Shown: positions 1-14,321 of the stretch, one piece after another
Position numbering within the stretch: the first letter of the stretch is position 1
Layout: the number at the start of each line of letters is the position of its first letter
Source of the DNA: Octopus sinensis
Taxonomy: Eukaryota
NCBI RefSeq assembly: GCF_006345805.1
Contig: NC_042999.1
Coordinates: 128,650,001-128,714,000 of the forward strand
Direction of reading: 5' to 3'
Length of the DNA: 64,000 bases
Notes under the pieces: generated by a model
What the model saw: only the letters and a program-made list of their open reading frames with translations
The model's database searches: none
What the model was told of the DNA's origin: nothing
Translations under genes and position numbers: made by a program

Positions 1-249
1 AGCCAAGAGAAACTGGTTAATGCAATAAGGGAACATGAAGAAAACAAAACCGATTCTCTATATAAAAGAAAATAATAAAAGGCAAACTAGACGTTTAGTG
101 CACCGAAAAAAATACTTGGATAAAGACAAAGCAATAGAAATGTTTGAAAAACACAAACACAAAATCCAAGCAAAAAATCCAAAGTATTCTAAAGAAATAA
201 TGGAAAGAGAATCCATTTTCTGTTCAATACTCTGCGATGCTCGATACAG

Positions 250-790
250 AGGATGAAAGCCAACCCTAGCACAAAAGCTGTAGCGGGAACAGGAGGTATG
301 ATTTTAACAGCACAGGACTAACCAAAAATAACTATAAAAATAGAACTATTAAAAATAGGTGACAGAATAACAATGCACTTGGTGCAATGAAACAGTATAT
401 TACATCATTTCAGGCTTTCTGGGCATTGCTTAGTCCGAAATTATTCACGAAGACAATCTTATCGACAGCTATATCCACTTTAACAGAAAACTAATTAGTA
501 CTATAAACAGGATATATGACAACGATTGGCGGCAATCCCCTGGGACATGACTTTCAAGACTGATGAAGAAATCAAGACAACCTGTGCAGATATAATAGCC
601 AAAGGCTAGAACAGTAGATCTCAACGGGGGTCCATATTACTCTTAGGGGCCGCATACATCCTACGTAAAACACTTTCAATACAGTAACCATAAGAGCATC
701 ACAGCAAACCACAACACGTACCTAAGGCACACAGAGCTGTGCTAGGTAGTGCAGTGAAAGCACGTTATAAAAATAAGTGTACTCAATAAT
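250..790 (+). mobile_element. Degenerate 3' end of an R4/Dong-clade non-LTR retrotransposon (zinc knuckle/RLE region and 3' UTR)
   Basis: Broken frames resemble R4 C-terminal motifs: GTGGMILTAQD (cf. ETEGFIIAAQDQ), CTWC-NETVYYIISG (cf. CCHC knuckle) and WDMTFKTDEEIKTTCADII (cf. WDxxIxTDxxIxxxRPDI). The region is followed by an (ATG)n/(AAT)n tail. Confidence 0.55.
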
Positions 791-800
791 ATCAATATCA

Positions 801-839
801 ATGATGATGATGATGATGATGATGATTATAATAATAATG

Positions 840-884
<45 letters not shown>

Positions 885-915
885 TAATAATAATAATATA
901 ATAATTAATAATAAT
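801..915. repeat. (ATG)n/(AAT)n microsatellite
   Basis: Direct reading of the sequence. Confidence 0.95.
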
Positions 916-1232
916 GTACTTTGTTATGTCTTGGATGCCCTGATGCAGTACCAGGCAGTTGCTCTCATGGCTTCTGATCTTAACTGATTGTTAAGTGTTA
1001 TCATGTACATTGTTATGTTTTGGTATAAAAGATAGGCTACACCAAATATTATGCTCAATACCACAGATTTGATTGTCGGTTGTTTGACCTTAACCAGTTG
1101 AGCATGTCCCTTAGTGGCTGACGATATGTGCATCTCTGATCACGAGCAGAAGTAGTGGGGGAACATCATAGCCATGTTTTGAGAGGGATTCTTTGGTCTT
1201 TGAAAAATTCACCTCTGGAGACGTGGGTGTTA
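916..1232 (-). mobile_element. Interspersed repeat (SINE or LINE-tail-like) ending in the (ATT)n tract
   Basis: Non-coding block between the AAT tract and the RT fragment. It resembles a repeat I recall from octopus DNA; family not verified. Confidence 0.35.
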
Positions 1233-2340
1233 ACATCAAGAGAGGCATATTTCAAGGAGATAGCCTATCACCATTGCTGTTTGTGATTTGTATGATACCC
1301 CACACACAGATACTATGGAAAGTGACATTGGGGTACACTTTGAAAAGTGGAAGAAAATTAAATCATCTGTTATATGTGGATGATTTAAAGAACTTTGGAA
1401 AAACCGAACGTAAAATAAATGGCCTAGTTTCAACAGTGCAGATATTCAGTAAAGATATCGGAATGAAATTTGGGACAAAAAGTGGGGTATGCTTATAATA
1501 CTAAGAGGCAAAATAGTGTTGTCTGATGGTGTAGAGCTACCCAACGGCGATAAAATCAAGGATATTGAGACTAACGGATATAAATATCTGGGGATTTTAG
1601 AATACGACAAAATCAAGGAAAGTGAAATGAAGGAAAGCTTTAGGTGAGAATATCTCAGAAGAACCAAGTTAATTATGGGAAACAGGCTCAATGGAAAAAA
1701 CAAAATCAGAGCAGTGAATACATGGGCTGTTTCCTTAATGCGATACAGTACAGGTGTTGTTAGGTGGACAAAGAAGGAGCTTGAGGAAATGAACAGAAAA
1801 ACTAGAAAAGTGATGACAATCAACAAGGAACTGCACCCTAAAATCGATACTAACAGACTGTATATGCCTAGAAACAGGAGTGGAAGAGGTTTCATAGGAT
1901 GCAAGATCTGTGTTGTCAACAATAAGAACAGTCTGTGATGGTACATCAAACAGCAGAGTGAATCCTTGCTTGCCGCTATTAGAATTAACAATATAATACC
2001 TACCGAAAATGTGATGCACCCACTGACATTTAAGAAACAAGATGAAGAAGAAAGAGTAAACAACTGGAAAACGAAACCACTGCATGGACAATACCTCAGA
2101 GAAAACGATGGAAAACACAAGATCAGCACTTGGAGATGGCTAAGAAAAAGTGATCTGAAAGCATGCACTGCGGCATTGATAGGCAGCACCTAGGAACAAG
2201 CTCTGAGAACTAATTACACCAAGTTCCAAATAGATAAGAGTAGAGAATCACCCCTTTGTAAGATGTGTGGTAGCAGAAACGAAACAAGTTCACATATTGT
2301 GAGTGAGTGTAGCAAGCTGGTCCAAAAACACTACAAAAGG
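1226..2340 (+). mobile_element. R4/Dong-clade non-LTR retrotransposon fragment (RT to zinc knuckle), with frameshifts and stops
   Basis: KRGIFQGDSLSPLLF, LNHLLYVDDLK, YKYLGILE, LNGKNKIRAVNTWAV, WKTKPLHGQY, and CKMCGSRNETSSHIVSEC near 2257-2310. Confidence 0.85.
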
Positions 2341-2499
2341 TAGTGTAGACGCGCAAACTTGTACGACTTCAGTGGATCTATCGGTGACAATTGTCATGTA
2401 CTTGATGCATTATAGAGCTGATTGGGAATAGGTCTGACGTCGAAGGAGTGCTTATCAATTTGGGCTAATCTAACGTTTTCTTCAAGGTCGACTATTTGT

Positions 2500-3000
2500 G
2501 AATTGTTCCAATGCAACCTGATCACTATAATGTACAGCAACATCTATTTGTTGGTCAAATCAAACAGAGACCTTTCCAAAATGTTTCACACCGCTTACGG
2601 ATATAGAACTGTTTCTTTACTCACAGACGTTATCTCTTTCATGGTGTTGAACACATTGGAAATCGAGATGATTGGCACCATACCAAAGGAATTTAAGTGG
2701 TTACGTGATCAAACATTAATCAGTACAAATCTGTGGTCTTCTAAACATATTACGTCGGTTATTAAAGAAGAAAGGACGTGCAGATAAGAATTTCTTTTAA
2801 TGGACCGAATGTACAGTTAAGGTGCTTGGAACCAAATTCGGACTGAATATTCAGATGGATAAAAGCTGGAAGTGATCGCGAGCAGTTAACAAGCCTCGCT
2901 TAGGAATGGGCGGAGAGGAAACCCTTCCCGAAAGGTCGGATGAGAGTAGCTAACGAATTCATCATGTTAGCAAGGTACTATTTCTTGATGATTGTCTTGT
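2500..3000 (+). mobile_element. Highly degenerate Tx1/L1-like LINE RT fragment
   Basis: TVKVLGTKFGLNIQMDKSW, then after a frameshift EWAERKPFPKGRMRVANEFI, resembling the Tx1/L1 post-RT pattern VKxLGxxFG...WxxRxLSxxGRxxVAN. Confidence 0.4.
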
Positions 3001-3490
3001 CTTAGGAAACCAAATTGGAAATCATGCACTTTCATATCTTAAAGAAAGGAAACATTTCGCCCGTCAGAAGATTCATCTCGATTTTAGTAGTTAAAAAAAA
3101 TGTTGTTTACGTATTGAGCATGTTGGCGGGCATTTTCAATCCCGAAATAATAAAATAAAACAAGCTCTTTATTCAAAAATATAGATTTTCTACGCACATT
3201 TGTTAATAGTTTGTTTAAACGGTATCAAAAAGTTAAAGATAATTTTGACGTTCGTTTTCTACAAAATACCGACACACAAACGTTTCAAACAACATTAAAT
3301 AGAAATCTATTGGCTGCTGGATTAGACTCAATGAGTCTTGTATTTAGCAAACATAAATATGCATGCGCACAATAACAGCTACAACGATGACGAATATACA
3401 TACACTCAGTTGCAGAACAAACAAACATACGCCCACTATCTCTCTCTATTTCTCTGTCTCCCTCCTTATCTCACTATGTGCGTATACATG

Positions 3491-3492
<2 letters not shown>

Positions 3493-3539
<47 letters not shown>

Positions 3540-3716
3540 ACACACACATATAGGTATCCCTTTGAAACTCTCTCGTTCTCTCTCCTCTTTCCCACACACT
3601 CTCTCTCTCTCTTGCTTTCGCTCTCTTTCTCTCCCACGCACTCACTCTCTCTCTTTCTCTCTCTCTCTTTCTCTCTCTCTCTTTCTCCCGCACACTTTCT
3701 TTCTCTCTATCTCTTC

Positions 3717-3748
<32 letters not shown>

Positions 3749-3835
3749 TTCTCTCTCTCTCTCTTTCTCTCTCTCTCTTTCTCCCGCACACTTTCTTTCT
3801 CTCTATCTCTTCCTCTCTCTCTCTCTCTCCCTCTC
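3493..3835. repeat. (CA)n followed by a compound (CT)n-rich tract
   Basis: Direct reading; explains the overlapping low-complexity ORFs here. Confidence 0.95.
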
Positions 3836-4285
3836 GCCTGTTTCTCTCCTTTTACTTACCACCAAGTTTACAAACATCTACAAAGATGTACATTTATGGC
3901 AAGATAAGGACCTCCCAAACGTTACCAAAAAAATATACCACTTTCCCTATTCATCCTAATTCATCAATGTTTTTCTTTCATAAAACGTACAGTTGCACTA
4001 AGGAAAATAAGTAAATAAACAAATAAACAAACAAACAAACAAACAAACAACCATCAAATACACAATTTCAAACCAGGGGTTATTCACTTGACAATATTTT
4101 GGATGAGCTCAAAGTCTGAAAAAATTTCCATTCAGTTCGTTGCATTTTATAACAAAATATTTCACTTTAACTATAGTTCTAACTTAGATTCAGATACATT
4201 ATGTTCACGATATCAGGTATAGGCAAAACCGCGTCGTTAGGAAGAGTCCTTGATGATGTGGTTCCGAGTTCAATCCTGCAGTACC

Positions 4286-4287
<2 letters not shown>

Positions 4288-4333
<46 letters not shown>

Positions 4334-4391
4334 ATCATCATCATTATTATTATTATCATCATCATCATCATTATTATTATTATTATTATAT
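4288..4391. repeat. (TAT)n/(CAT)n microsatellite
   Basis: Direct reading. Confidence 0.95.
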
Positions 4392-4707
4392 AGTTTAGTT
4401 TAATCGTCGGTTTCATCAAGACTTCGTAAATGAAATTTAATTGACAGAACAGCTTATATGTGAGAATGTGTACATGGCGCGCGCGTGAGTGTGTGTGTAA
4501 ATCAAAGTGGGTCGGTGTAATTGGCTTACCTTCCCCCGAAATTGTAGACCTTGTACCAAAATGGGAAACCATTATAGATCCATTACACCCGATCTTACAA
4601 ATCGGTTTCACTTCGGACACAAGATAGCTGAACGGTTATCTAATGCATATGCTCTTCAGAGATAGCAGGTATGGAAAAAATATGCCCTTCTCTCTTTTCT
4701 TCTTCTA

Positions 4708-4749
<42 letters not shown>

Positions 4750-4767
4750 CTCTCGTCTCTCTCTCTC

Positions 4768-4807
<40 letters not shown>

Positions 4808-5837
4808 ATTATTCTTACGGACATTGCCCAATTTTGCCCTACCTGTAATTGCTGAAAAGCACATGTATTAAATAACTGTCAGTTACTTAATGTCCGGTGC
4901 GAAACCGATTAGTTAGATTGGCTGTAATGGATCTATAATACTGCATACTTTGATCACTATACCCAATTTATTTGCAAATATACGTTGGTGAGTCTACAGA
5001 TATGTTAACAGATATGCAGAGAGATATAATGATAGATGTTCAAGTAGATATGTAGTTGAACTGAAATGAAAAGAAAAGAAGTATTCTCAATTGGTAAAAA
5101 CTTGAACTGATTCTTAGTGGTAACATGACCGCGAAAAGTATAGTTTTTTTTATGTATATGAATAAGTTTTATAATTTTTTTATTTCAGTAAACTATAAAG
5201 CATACCATATCTGTCAAAGATATTAAATAAGTTAAATAAGCAATATCTTCCAAGTTCATTTAGATTATATTTAAAAGTACAGCTTTGATTAAATGGCAGA
5301 ATTTCAAAAGAATTTTTTTGTAGAATCCTTACTAGTGTTTAATATTTTAATTTATTAATGTTTTCAAATATACTGATTTTACATCCTGGAATTTCCACTG
5401 CTCCTGCCAGTGGAATATCATTAGGAATTGTATAAAAAAAAATTTTGAAATATTTTTGTGAACTATTGAAATATAACCAATTTTACAATACATAAATTTT
5501 AACAACTAAATCTTGTATGGACCTTTAAGGGCCATATGGACCCCGGTCAAAAGCCACTGATAATACTTACCTGATTTCTAACAGACGCAAAAAGTGGTAC
5601 GTGGCAGTTGCTTATTCCATGGCAGTTGATCATTCACAAAATGCTTTGTAACATTGAGTTACGATTCTTTAGGTAAAGATTTCAAATACTGCTGAAGTTG
5701 AGGGCGCCTGTCACTCTAAAAGTATCAATTAAATACTGCGGTCAAGCTGGAGCTCCACCGTGAAAAATTCTTCCCCAAAAGTGGCTTAAACTCACACCTC
5801 CGCATAACTTCCGTCTTGTGGTTTGAAACACAAGGGA

Positions 5838-5945
5838 GAAGAAGAAGAAGAAGAAGAAGAAGAAGAAGAAGAAGAAGAAGAAGAAGAAGAAGAAGAAGAA
5901 GAAGAAGAAGAAGAAGAAGAAGAAGAAGAAGAAGAAGAAGAAGAA
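5838..5945. repeat. (GAA)36 perfect trinucleotide repeat
   Basis: 108 nt of uninterrupted GAA. Confidence 0.95.
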
Positions 5946-6325
5946 TATACACACATGCATACATAAATATACACGTACATGCATATAGTGTACCTGCATA
6001 TATACACATGTACATTAACACACACATATAATGTTAACATCAGAAGGATTTTATAATTTTTCGAGAGAGCGTGAAATGAAATTCTTTATGTAAAGTACTT
6101 CGAGATCCAATGTTTCAAAACAGAATTACCTCACGTTCTCTTGAAAGCTTATAAAATTCTTTTGATGTCAACGACATGCAATTCTTGCAGGTAAAAATAA
6201 GCTTCTTAAGTGGGCTGAGAAATCAGAGGGCTTCATTTGGTCTAATAAAAGAACATATAGCACATCTACAGATGTGGGTTCGTGACCGCGGGCAGCCTTC
6301 GACTTCTTTTTGTATCCAAATATAT

Positions 6326-6371
<46 letters not shown>

Positions 6372-6692
6372 TTTTAAATATTAAAAAAAATTCTGTTGGC
6401 CAGCTTTCCTCGATTTCAGCTCTACGTGTTTTCTGTAGCGAGTAAATAATATGTGGAAATTGACGATTTAATAGTCTGTTATCAGCATATTGGCATAGAA
6501 ATAATTTTCTTTAGCCCTTGTTTATAAGTTATATATATATATACATTTGTATATGTATGTGTGCATGTATATATGTATACGTAAATGTCGAACAACGAGA
6601 ATTATTAGGATATTTTTCTTGACATGAAACCAATAAACAAATAGCCTTAATAAACAAATATATATGTGTGTGTGTGTGTGTGTATATATATG

Positions 6693-6725
<33 letters not shown>

Positions 6726-6860
6726 ATGTGTGTGTGTGTGTGTATATATATATATGCATGCATACATACATACATACATACATACATACATACAAACATA
6801 CATACATACATACATACATACATACATACATACATACATACATACATACATACATTCATA

Positions 6861-7070
6861 CGAGGGGTGCTGAAATGTTCCTGGCTTTGGGTAAAAGAAA
6901 ATACAAGAGGATCAGTTAATTATGATTTTATTAAACATATTCTCAGATTCAGACTCTCGTTGCAGCAGTCCTTCAGTTTCGCTAAGACCTGTAAAAGAGC
7001 TCCAAAGTTTGGTTTTCCAGCAGGCCTTTTGCGATACCCTTAAAGCCAGAAAGTTTTCAGCACCCCTTCG
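6861..7070. mobile_element. Mariner-type MITE (~210 bp)
   Basis: Left end TA|CGAGGGGTGCTGAAATGTTCCTGGCTTT; right end AAAGCCAGAAAGTTTTCAGCACCCCTTCG|TG. About 29 bp imperfect TIRs, with the TA target intact on the left. Confidence 0.75.
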
Positions 7071-7087
7071 TGTGTGTGTGTGTGTGT

Positions 7088-7160
<73 letters not shown>

Positions 7161-7189
7161 ATGTTAATAAAACACTGGAGTGGTTTTAT

Positions 7190-7400
7190 ATATAGGGAGA
7201 ATTCATAAAAGAAAAACAAAAGACGAAAACAGGTGGTGTAGACAACAAACAGATGTATTAGTTTAACGCTTGGGAAGTGAAAAAGTTTTTAACGTTTCGA
7301 GCCTACGCTCTTCCTCAGAAAGAAACGAGGAGAGAAAATAAAGAATGTGTAGTGGTTAGCGATCTATCATGGCGAAGGCCGGACAGAGGGGTCACACAGG
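7190..7400 (-). mobile_element. Penelope-like element pseudo-LTR fragment
   Basis: Non-coding repeat containing a minimal hammerhead motif of the kind associated with Penelope pLTRs. Confidence 0.5.
7286..7324 (-). ncRNA. Minimal type I hammerhead ribozyme-like motif
   Basis: Minus strand reads TTT-CTGAGGA-A-GAGC-GTAG-GCTC-GAAA-CG-TT-AAA: core, 4 bp stem II with tetraloop, palindromic AACGTT stem III and a short A-U stem I. Confidence 0.6.
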
Positions 7401-7619
7401 AGAGCTAGGGAGAAGGGGAGATAACAAAGTGGTAGTGATCCCAAAACGAAGGTGCGCGTGCGTATGTATAAGAGAGTTTGTAGGTGCGTGTGTAGGTGTG
7501 TGGATGTGGGGCTGGGAAGTGGTCAGTGGTAGTGTGTGCGTGGTGATGTGATGTGGTATTGTGTGATATGGTGGTATATGGTGTAGTGGTGTGTAGCGTG
7601 GTGTGGTGTGATGGTGTTT

Positions 7620-7663
<44 letters not shown>

Positions 7664-7787
7664 AAAGTAAAAAATACACAAACTGGGACAAGACGTGAAA
7701 CATTTCGAAGACGACACAAAAAACACGGACGGGACTTTCGAAGCTCTCAGTCATCAGTCAAGATCCGGATCATCTTCGCAATTTCGG

Positions 7788-7874
<87 letters not shown>

Positions 7875-8068
7875 ATATATATATATTCTTGTTTTGAATA
7901 TCTGGCGTTTTTGTTATCTTCATTCCATTATTATTTGTTCGTTCCCGTCTGGGCTATGAAAGGTCTTTGTATATTTTTGTTGGTCGTAATTATTCATACC
8001 AGTATGTAATACCTGACGAAGAATCTAATTTTTATTTCATAAAGAGTTTTCCGTTGTGTGTGTGTGTT

Positions 8069-8099
<31 letters not shown>

Positions 8100-8192
8100 A
8101 TGTATGTATGTACGTATGTATGTATGTATGTATGTATGTATGTATGTATGTATGTATTATTATGTATGTATGTATGTATGTATTTATATATG

Positions 8193-8243
<51 letters not shown>

Positions 8244-8250
8244 GTGTATA

Positions 8251-8664
8251 TCTCTCTATATATAAACGGCAGTTTGTCTGTCTGTGTGTCTGTGTGTCTG
8301 TCAGGTTGTACCCTCACCCTGACCACGGCTTTCAACCGATTCTGATGAAACTTGACACACACATAGCCCAATGTCATAATTCAAAACTAACGCAGTTCTA
8401 AAAAAATCGATAAATTCGACATGGGGTCGAGAATCTAAGCTTTTTATATGCAACACATTTTCTGTCTAGGGGACACAATTCGACCTTTTTATCGCCCAAA
8501 GGGACAGCTAGGAACATCGTATACACAGAAGTATTCGAGTGAAGAGAAGACATTGCAACCTACACATGAACCTTCGTTCCCTAGAGGGAAAGGACTAGAT
8601 TGGGATTAGTCGTTGCCTACTAGGGGCTCTTACATACCCGGGCAACGCCGGGCTATGCTGCTAG
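8251..8664 (+). mobile_element. Non-autonomous Helitron-type element
   Basis: 5' TC...TATATAAA, (GTCT)-like microsatellite and CCGATTCTGATGAAACT motif; 3' hairpin CCCGG-GCAACG-CCGGG (8637-8652) then CTAG|T. Confidence 0.75.
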
Positions 8665-10009
8665 TGTATATATAAATATACACACCTTAGCTTGCTTACA
8701 CAGCTTTAATGAATATATGCAATATGCGTATGTAAATATGCTGCACATGTATATAATCCTGTAAATATATGTTTATTGTGACGCACGCACACACACCCAA
8801 AATATGGATTTTTGAGACGTGTGTGTGTATATGTGTGCGTGTCTATGTGTATGTGTGCCTAAATATGTATGCGTTAAATGAATGTGTTTGCGCTCGTGTG
8901 TGAACTGGTGGATCTGTGTATAAATTCATTCAAGTTCAAAACTTTATGATGCACAGAATATTTATAAAGATATTAAGACAACCTTTATTACAAAGATTTT
9001 CATATGTGACGCAGCACAGGCAGGCCCACACATACATAAGCACACACACACACACACGCACATACACACACACATACACACACACATACACACACACACA
9101 CACACACAGACTTCTAAATATGCTTTTTATAGATATACGTTTATATGCGTATTCTTACTCTAATGTCACACATCCATAGAATTATCCACATTTTCTGGTG
9201 TAAACTTTTACAGACGTACATTGCGTATATTCATTCAAATTATGTATGTAAGCTAAGATGAAGATACTTCCATTTCAGATTTTTAAGTGAATCATACAGA
9301 GAGAACATTGTTCTGTAAACAAGTTTGTTCTCTAAAGAAAGATCTTTCAGTAAAAATTAAGTAGTTTAGCAGCCTTATTTGGTTGTCGGGCTTTCTAAGA
9401 TGTTTTGTGTGTAGCATAACTGAAACATCGCTCCTTATTAAGTTAAAATAATTGCATATATATATACAGACACATACACATACACAAACATACATACACA
9501 CACACACACAGATATATATCTACATACATACGCACATACACACACACACACACATATATATAAACAAATATATACATATATATTTATGTATGTATGTATT
9601 ACTTCTTGCTCAAAGATTTATTATATATATATATATACTTAGAAATACATACTTATAAATACATACATACATACATACATAAATATATACATGTGTGTGA
9701 ACAAGGGTCCTAAAACAGAGGGTGCACTTGCACCCACTAAAATTTTGTGGGTGTGCAAAGTTCTATATGGCACCTGCTACTTACCTTTTCCAGGCTTGGA
9801 AATAAATAAGACCAAAGAACTAGGACAAATAAAAGAACCCTCACCCACCCACCCACCAAATCTCTAGAAAGATATATTACTGAACTAAAGCATCTTCAAC
9901 ATTAAAAAATTAAATTACATATTATATATCAAGGCCGTGCTCCAGCAAGGCCGCAAAAAATGACTGAAACAAGTAAAAGAATAAAAGAATATATATGTAT
10001 GTATATAAG

Positions 10010-10070
<61 letters not shown>

Positions 10071-10464
10071 ATAGAAATGGTAAGACAACAAAAGAGTGAA
10101 AGAGACCTCGATATTATGTAAATAGAGGAATTTATCTAGTCAAAGATAATATTGTTTACCACTTTCATGATCAGAGAATTATCTGCCATTCCATTGTTGA
10201 AGGATCAACGAATATCCTTAATAAAAGATAAAAGAAGTTACTAGTTCTATCTTTGAAGAGGAAGTGAACATATGTCACTGGAAACTTTGTAAATCTCATA
10301 AAAGAACTCGCCGAAGAGTGTGGTGCAAAAGTAAGTCAGCGGCTTAAACGACGGGTTAATTTCCTATTTGATACCATACAAAATGAAATCATAGAGGCAT
10401 ATGCTTATTACACTCTACATGAAATCAGAAAAAAATTTGAGGCTTCCATGTTTATTTGTATTAT

Positions 10465-10701
10465 GCGAGCTGGCGGAATCGTTAACAGTGAGTTGGCATA
10501 ATCGTTAGCACGCTGGACGTAATTTTTTTAGCAGTATTTCGCCCGTCGCTGCGTTCTGAGTTCAAATTCCTCCGAGGTCGACTTTGCCTTTCATTTTTTC
10601 GGGACCGTTAAATTAAGTACCAGTAAAATACTTGAATCGATATAATCGACTAGTCTTCTCCCTCAAAAGTTCAGGCCTTGTACCTATAGTAGAAAGGATT
10701 A
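10465..10701 (+). mobile_element. SINE-like repeat, family D (GAGCTGGCGGAATCGTT...)
   Basis: B-box-like GAGTTCAAATTCC. Related degenerate fragments at ~15900-16040, 38760-38970, 54640-54730 and 60855-60980. Confidence 0.6.
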
Positions 10702-10729
10702 AATTTGATTGCTCTGGCATGGAACAAAA

Positions 10730-12556
<1,827 letters not shown>

Positions 12557-12578
12557 TATATATATAAAGAGAGAAAGC

Positions 12579-12640
12579 CAGACGAATCACCAATACGGCT
12601 AAGCAACTTTATAGGTGCGAAATCAATGGTCACTCTCTGA
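12579..12640 (+). ncRNA. Degenerate hammerhead-like motif (same family as 36826-36886)
   Basis: CAGACGA-A-TCACCAATA..TATAGGTG-C-GAAA-TCAATGG-TC: two core substitutions relative to the canonical core. Confidence 0.4.
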
Positions 12641-12732
12641 CCGGCCATAATACTCAACTTCCTAAAAGAAAAAAAGTATCACTGATCTAATGTTTTAGAG
12701 TGTACTTCTTTCTGGGATATATGAACTACTGA

Positions 12733-12816
<84 letters not shown>

Positions 12817-13213
12817 GTGAATGGAAGAAATGGGCTCTTAAGGAGCGTCCTCGTTCGAATTGCTTTGCTGCGCCTCTGTTTTGTTTTGTTATGTCAACGT
12901 AATTCCTGCTTTTTCCTGAAGAGAAAGCTGCAATATGGTATCCTTATTTAATCAGAATTTGGAAAATTGTGGCCTTTGAAACATGTGTAGAATGTAATAA
13001 AAGGAATTCTGTACAATCTTCGTTCAACTCCATTTCTTCCATTCACTAATTATATTAAACTTCAATTACCCGCACCAACGCACGGTTGCAACACCAAATG
13101 GTCTTATCTCCAACCGTGTTTTTTTCTGCTGTGATTTTTGCTACCCAGGTATCGGTTAAACTTTTGAATAATCTGTAACAAGAAAATTCATCTTTCCATT
13201 TCAACTATATATA

Positions 13214-13719
13214 TCTATATATATAAAACTCTAGTTGTGTGAGTGTCTGTCCCCTTCGATTTAGATTCCTAACTCCTCCCACATTTTGCGGTGCAGTTTA
13301 ACCAAATTCGGGTATCTTATAGTCGTGATTCATATCGAGCCCGTCTGACTATTAGCGCGCGTCAACGATGAGTCTACGATTTTAAAAATAATTTAACATC
13401 ATTTTTTATTCCATTTTAATGCATAAAATGCATCGTGTGTCGATGGCGGCGGAGTTGGCGTCCACGCTCACAGCTGCACCTGTTTGCTTCTCCCCCTTCC
13501 CTCCCTCGTGAAGCTGTGGGGAAGGGAGTGTAAAGAAATCAACGTCGTTATGCGTTGTGAAGGAAACCAGCGTTCTTTTAGAACAACGACTTCATGGCTT
13601 GAAGACACCAAAACAAAAATGGCTAAGAAAGCCCGAATTTATAAGGGAAGTAACTCTCTAAAAATGCTTATATAGTTATTTCCCTTACAAACCCGAGCAA
13701 CGCCGGGCGATACTGCTAG
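13214..13719 (+). mobile_element. Non-autonomous Helitron
   Basis: A|TCTATATATATAAAA at the 5' end; 3' hairpin CCCGAGCAACGCCGGG then CTAG|T. Homologous to 24759-25153. Confidence 0.8.
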
Positions 13720-14244
13720 TATATATATATAACTGTCCGTCTCTCTTCCCACTACCACGTGACCGGTGTCCACTAAAGGTGGTGTCATTCTTTTTCGCCC
13801 TGCCTTTGGACCAGGCCGGTCATGTTTGTCTGGGCTTCTAGCTCTGTCTCTTAGGCCTTTTTCCATTTCTCCTTTGCGTTACCTCATTGTATATATATAT
13901 ATGATTATTCTCTGGTTGTTGTATAGTCGAGAGGCCTTTTTCTGTTGTATATGTATAGTTATTCTTTTTCTGTTGTATATGTATTTATATTTTTCTTATT
14001 TTTGTTTTATACGTACAATTGTTATATTTTTTAGCTTGGCTTGTTTGTTTTTGTTCTTGAATACATTTGTTAGCTATTCTCAGAGGTTTCCTGTTAAAAG
14101 CGCAAAACAAGTAGGATGTCTTGGACACTGACTGATGAGGAATCAGCAGCGAATTTTCCCTATATTATGTTTTTGTCTAATTTTCTCTTTCGTTATGTTT
14201 TATTAATTTTCCGTTTATGTTTTCGTGCTAGCCGCAGTTTGTCA

Positions 14245-14321
<77 letters not shown>

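Noticed and set aside
5563-5573. ATACTTACCTG, matching the 5' end of U1 snRNA
   Set aside because: The following sequence does not match U1 stem-loops or the Sm site; at most it is an orphan minus-strand donor-like motif
5120-5790. Possible piggyBac-like remnant or cryptic exon
   Set aside because: No paired TIR, TTAA boundary or convincing protein motif
7715-7760. CTGATGA...GAAA on the minus strand
   Set aside because: No stem II can form between the two core halves
8013-8045. CTGACGAAG hammerhead-like half
   Set aside because: No GAAA partner and stem II decayed; possibly a remnant but not supportable
10130-10340. Exon-like stretch ending in GTAAGT
   Set aside because: No open frame with recognisable similarity and no partner exons
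14132-14160. CTGATGAG hammerhead-like half
   Set aside because: Followed by GCGAAT rather than a stem II plus GAAA; core incomplete
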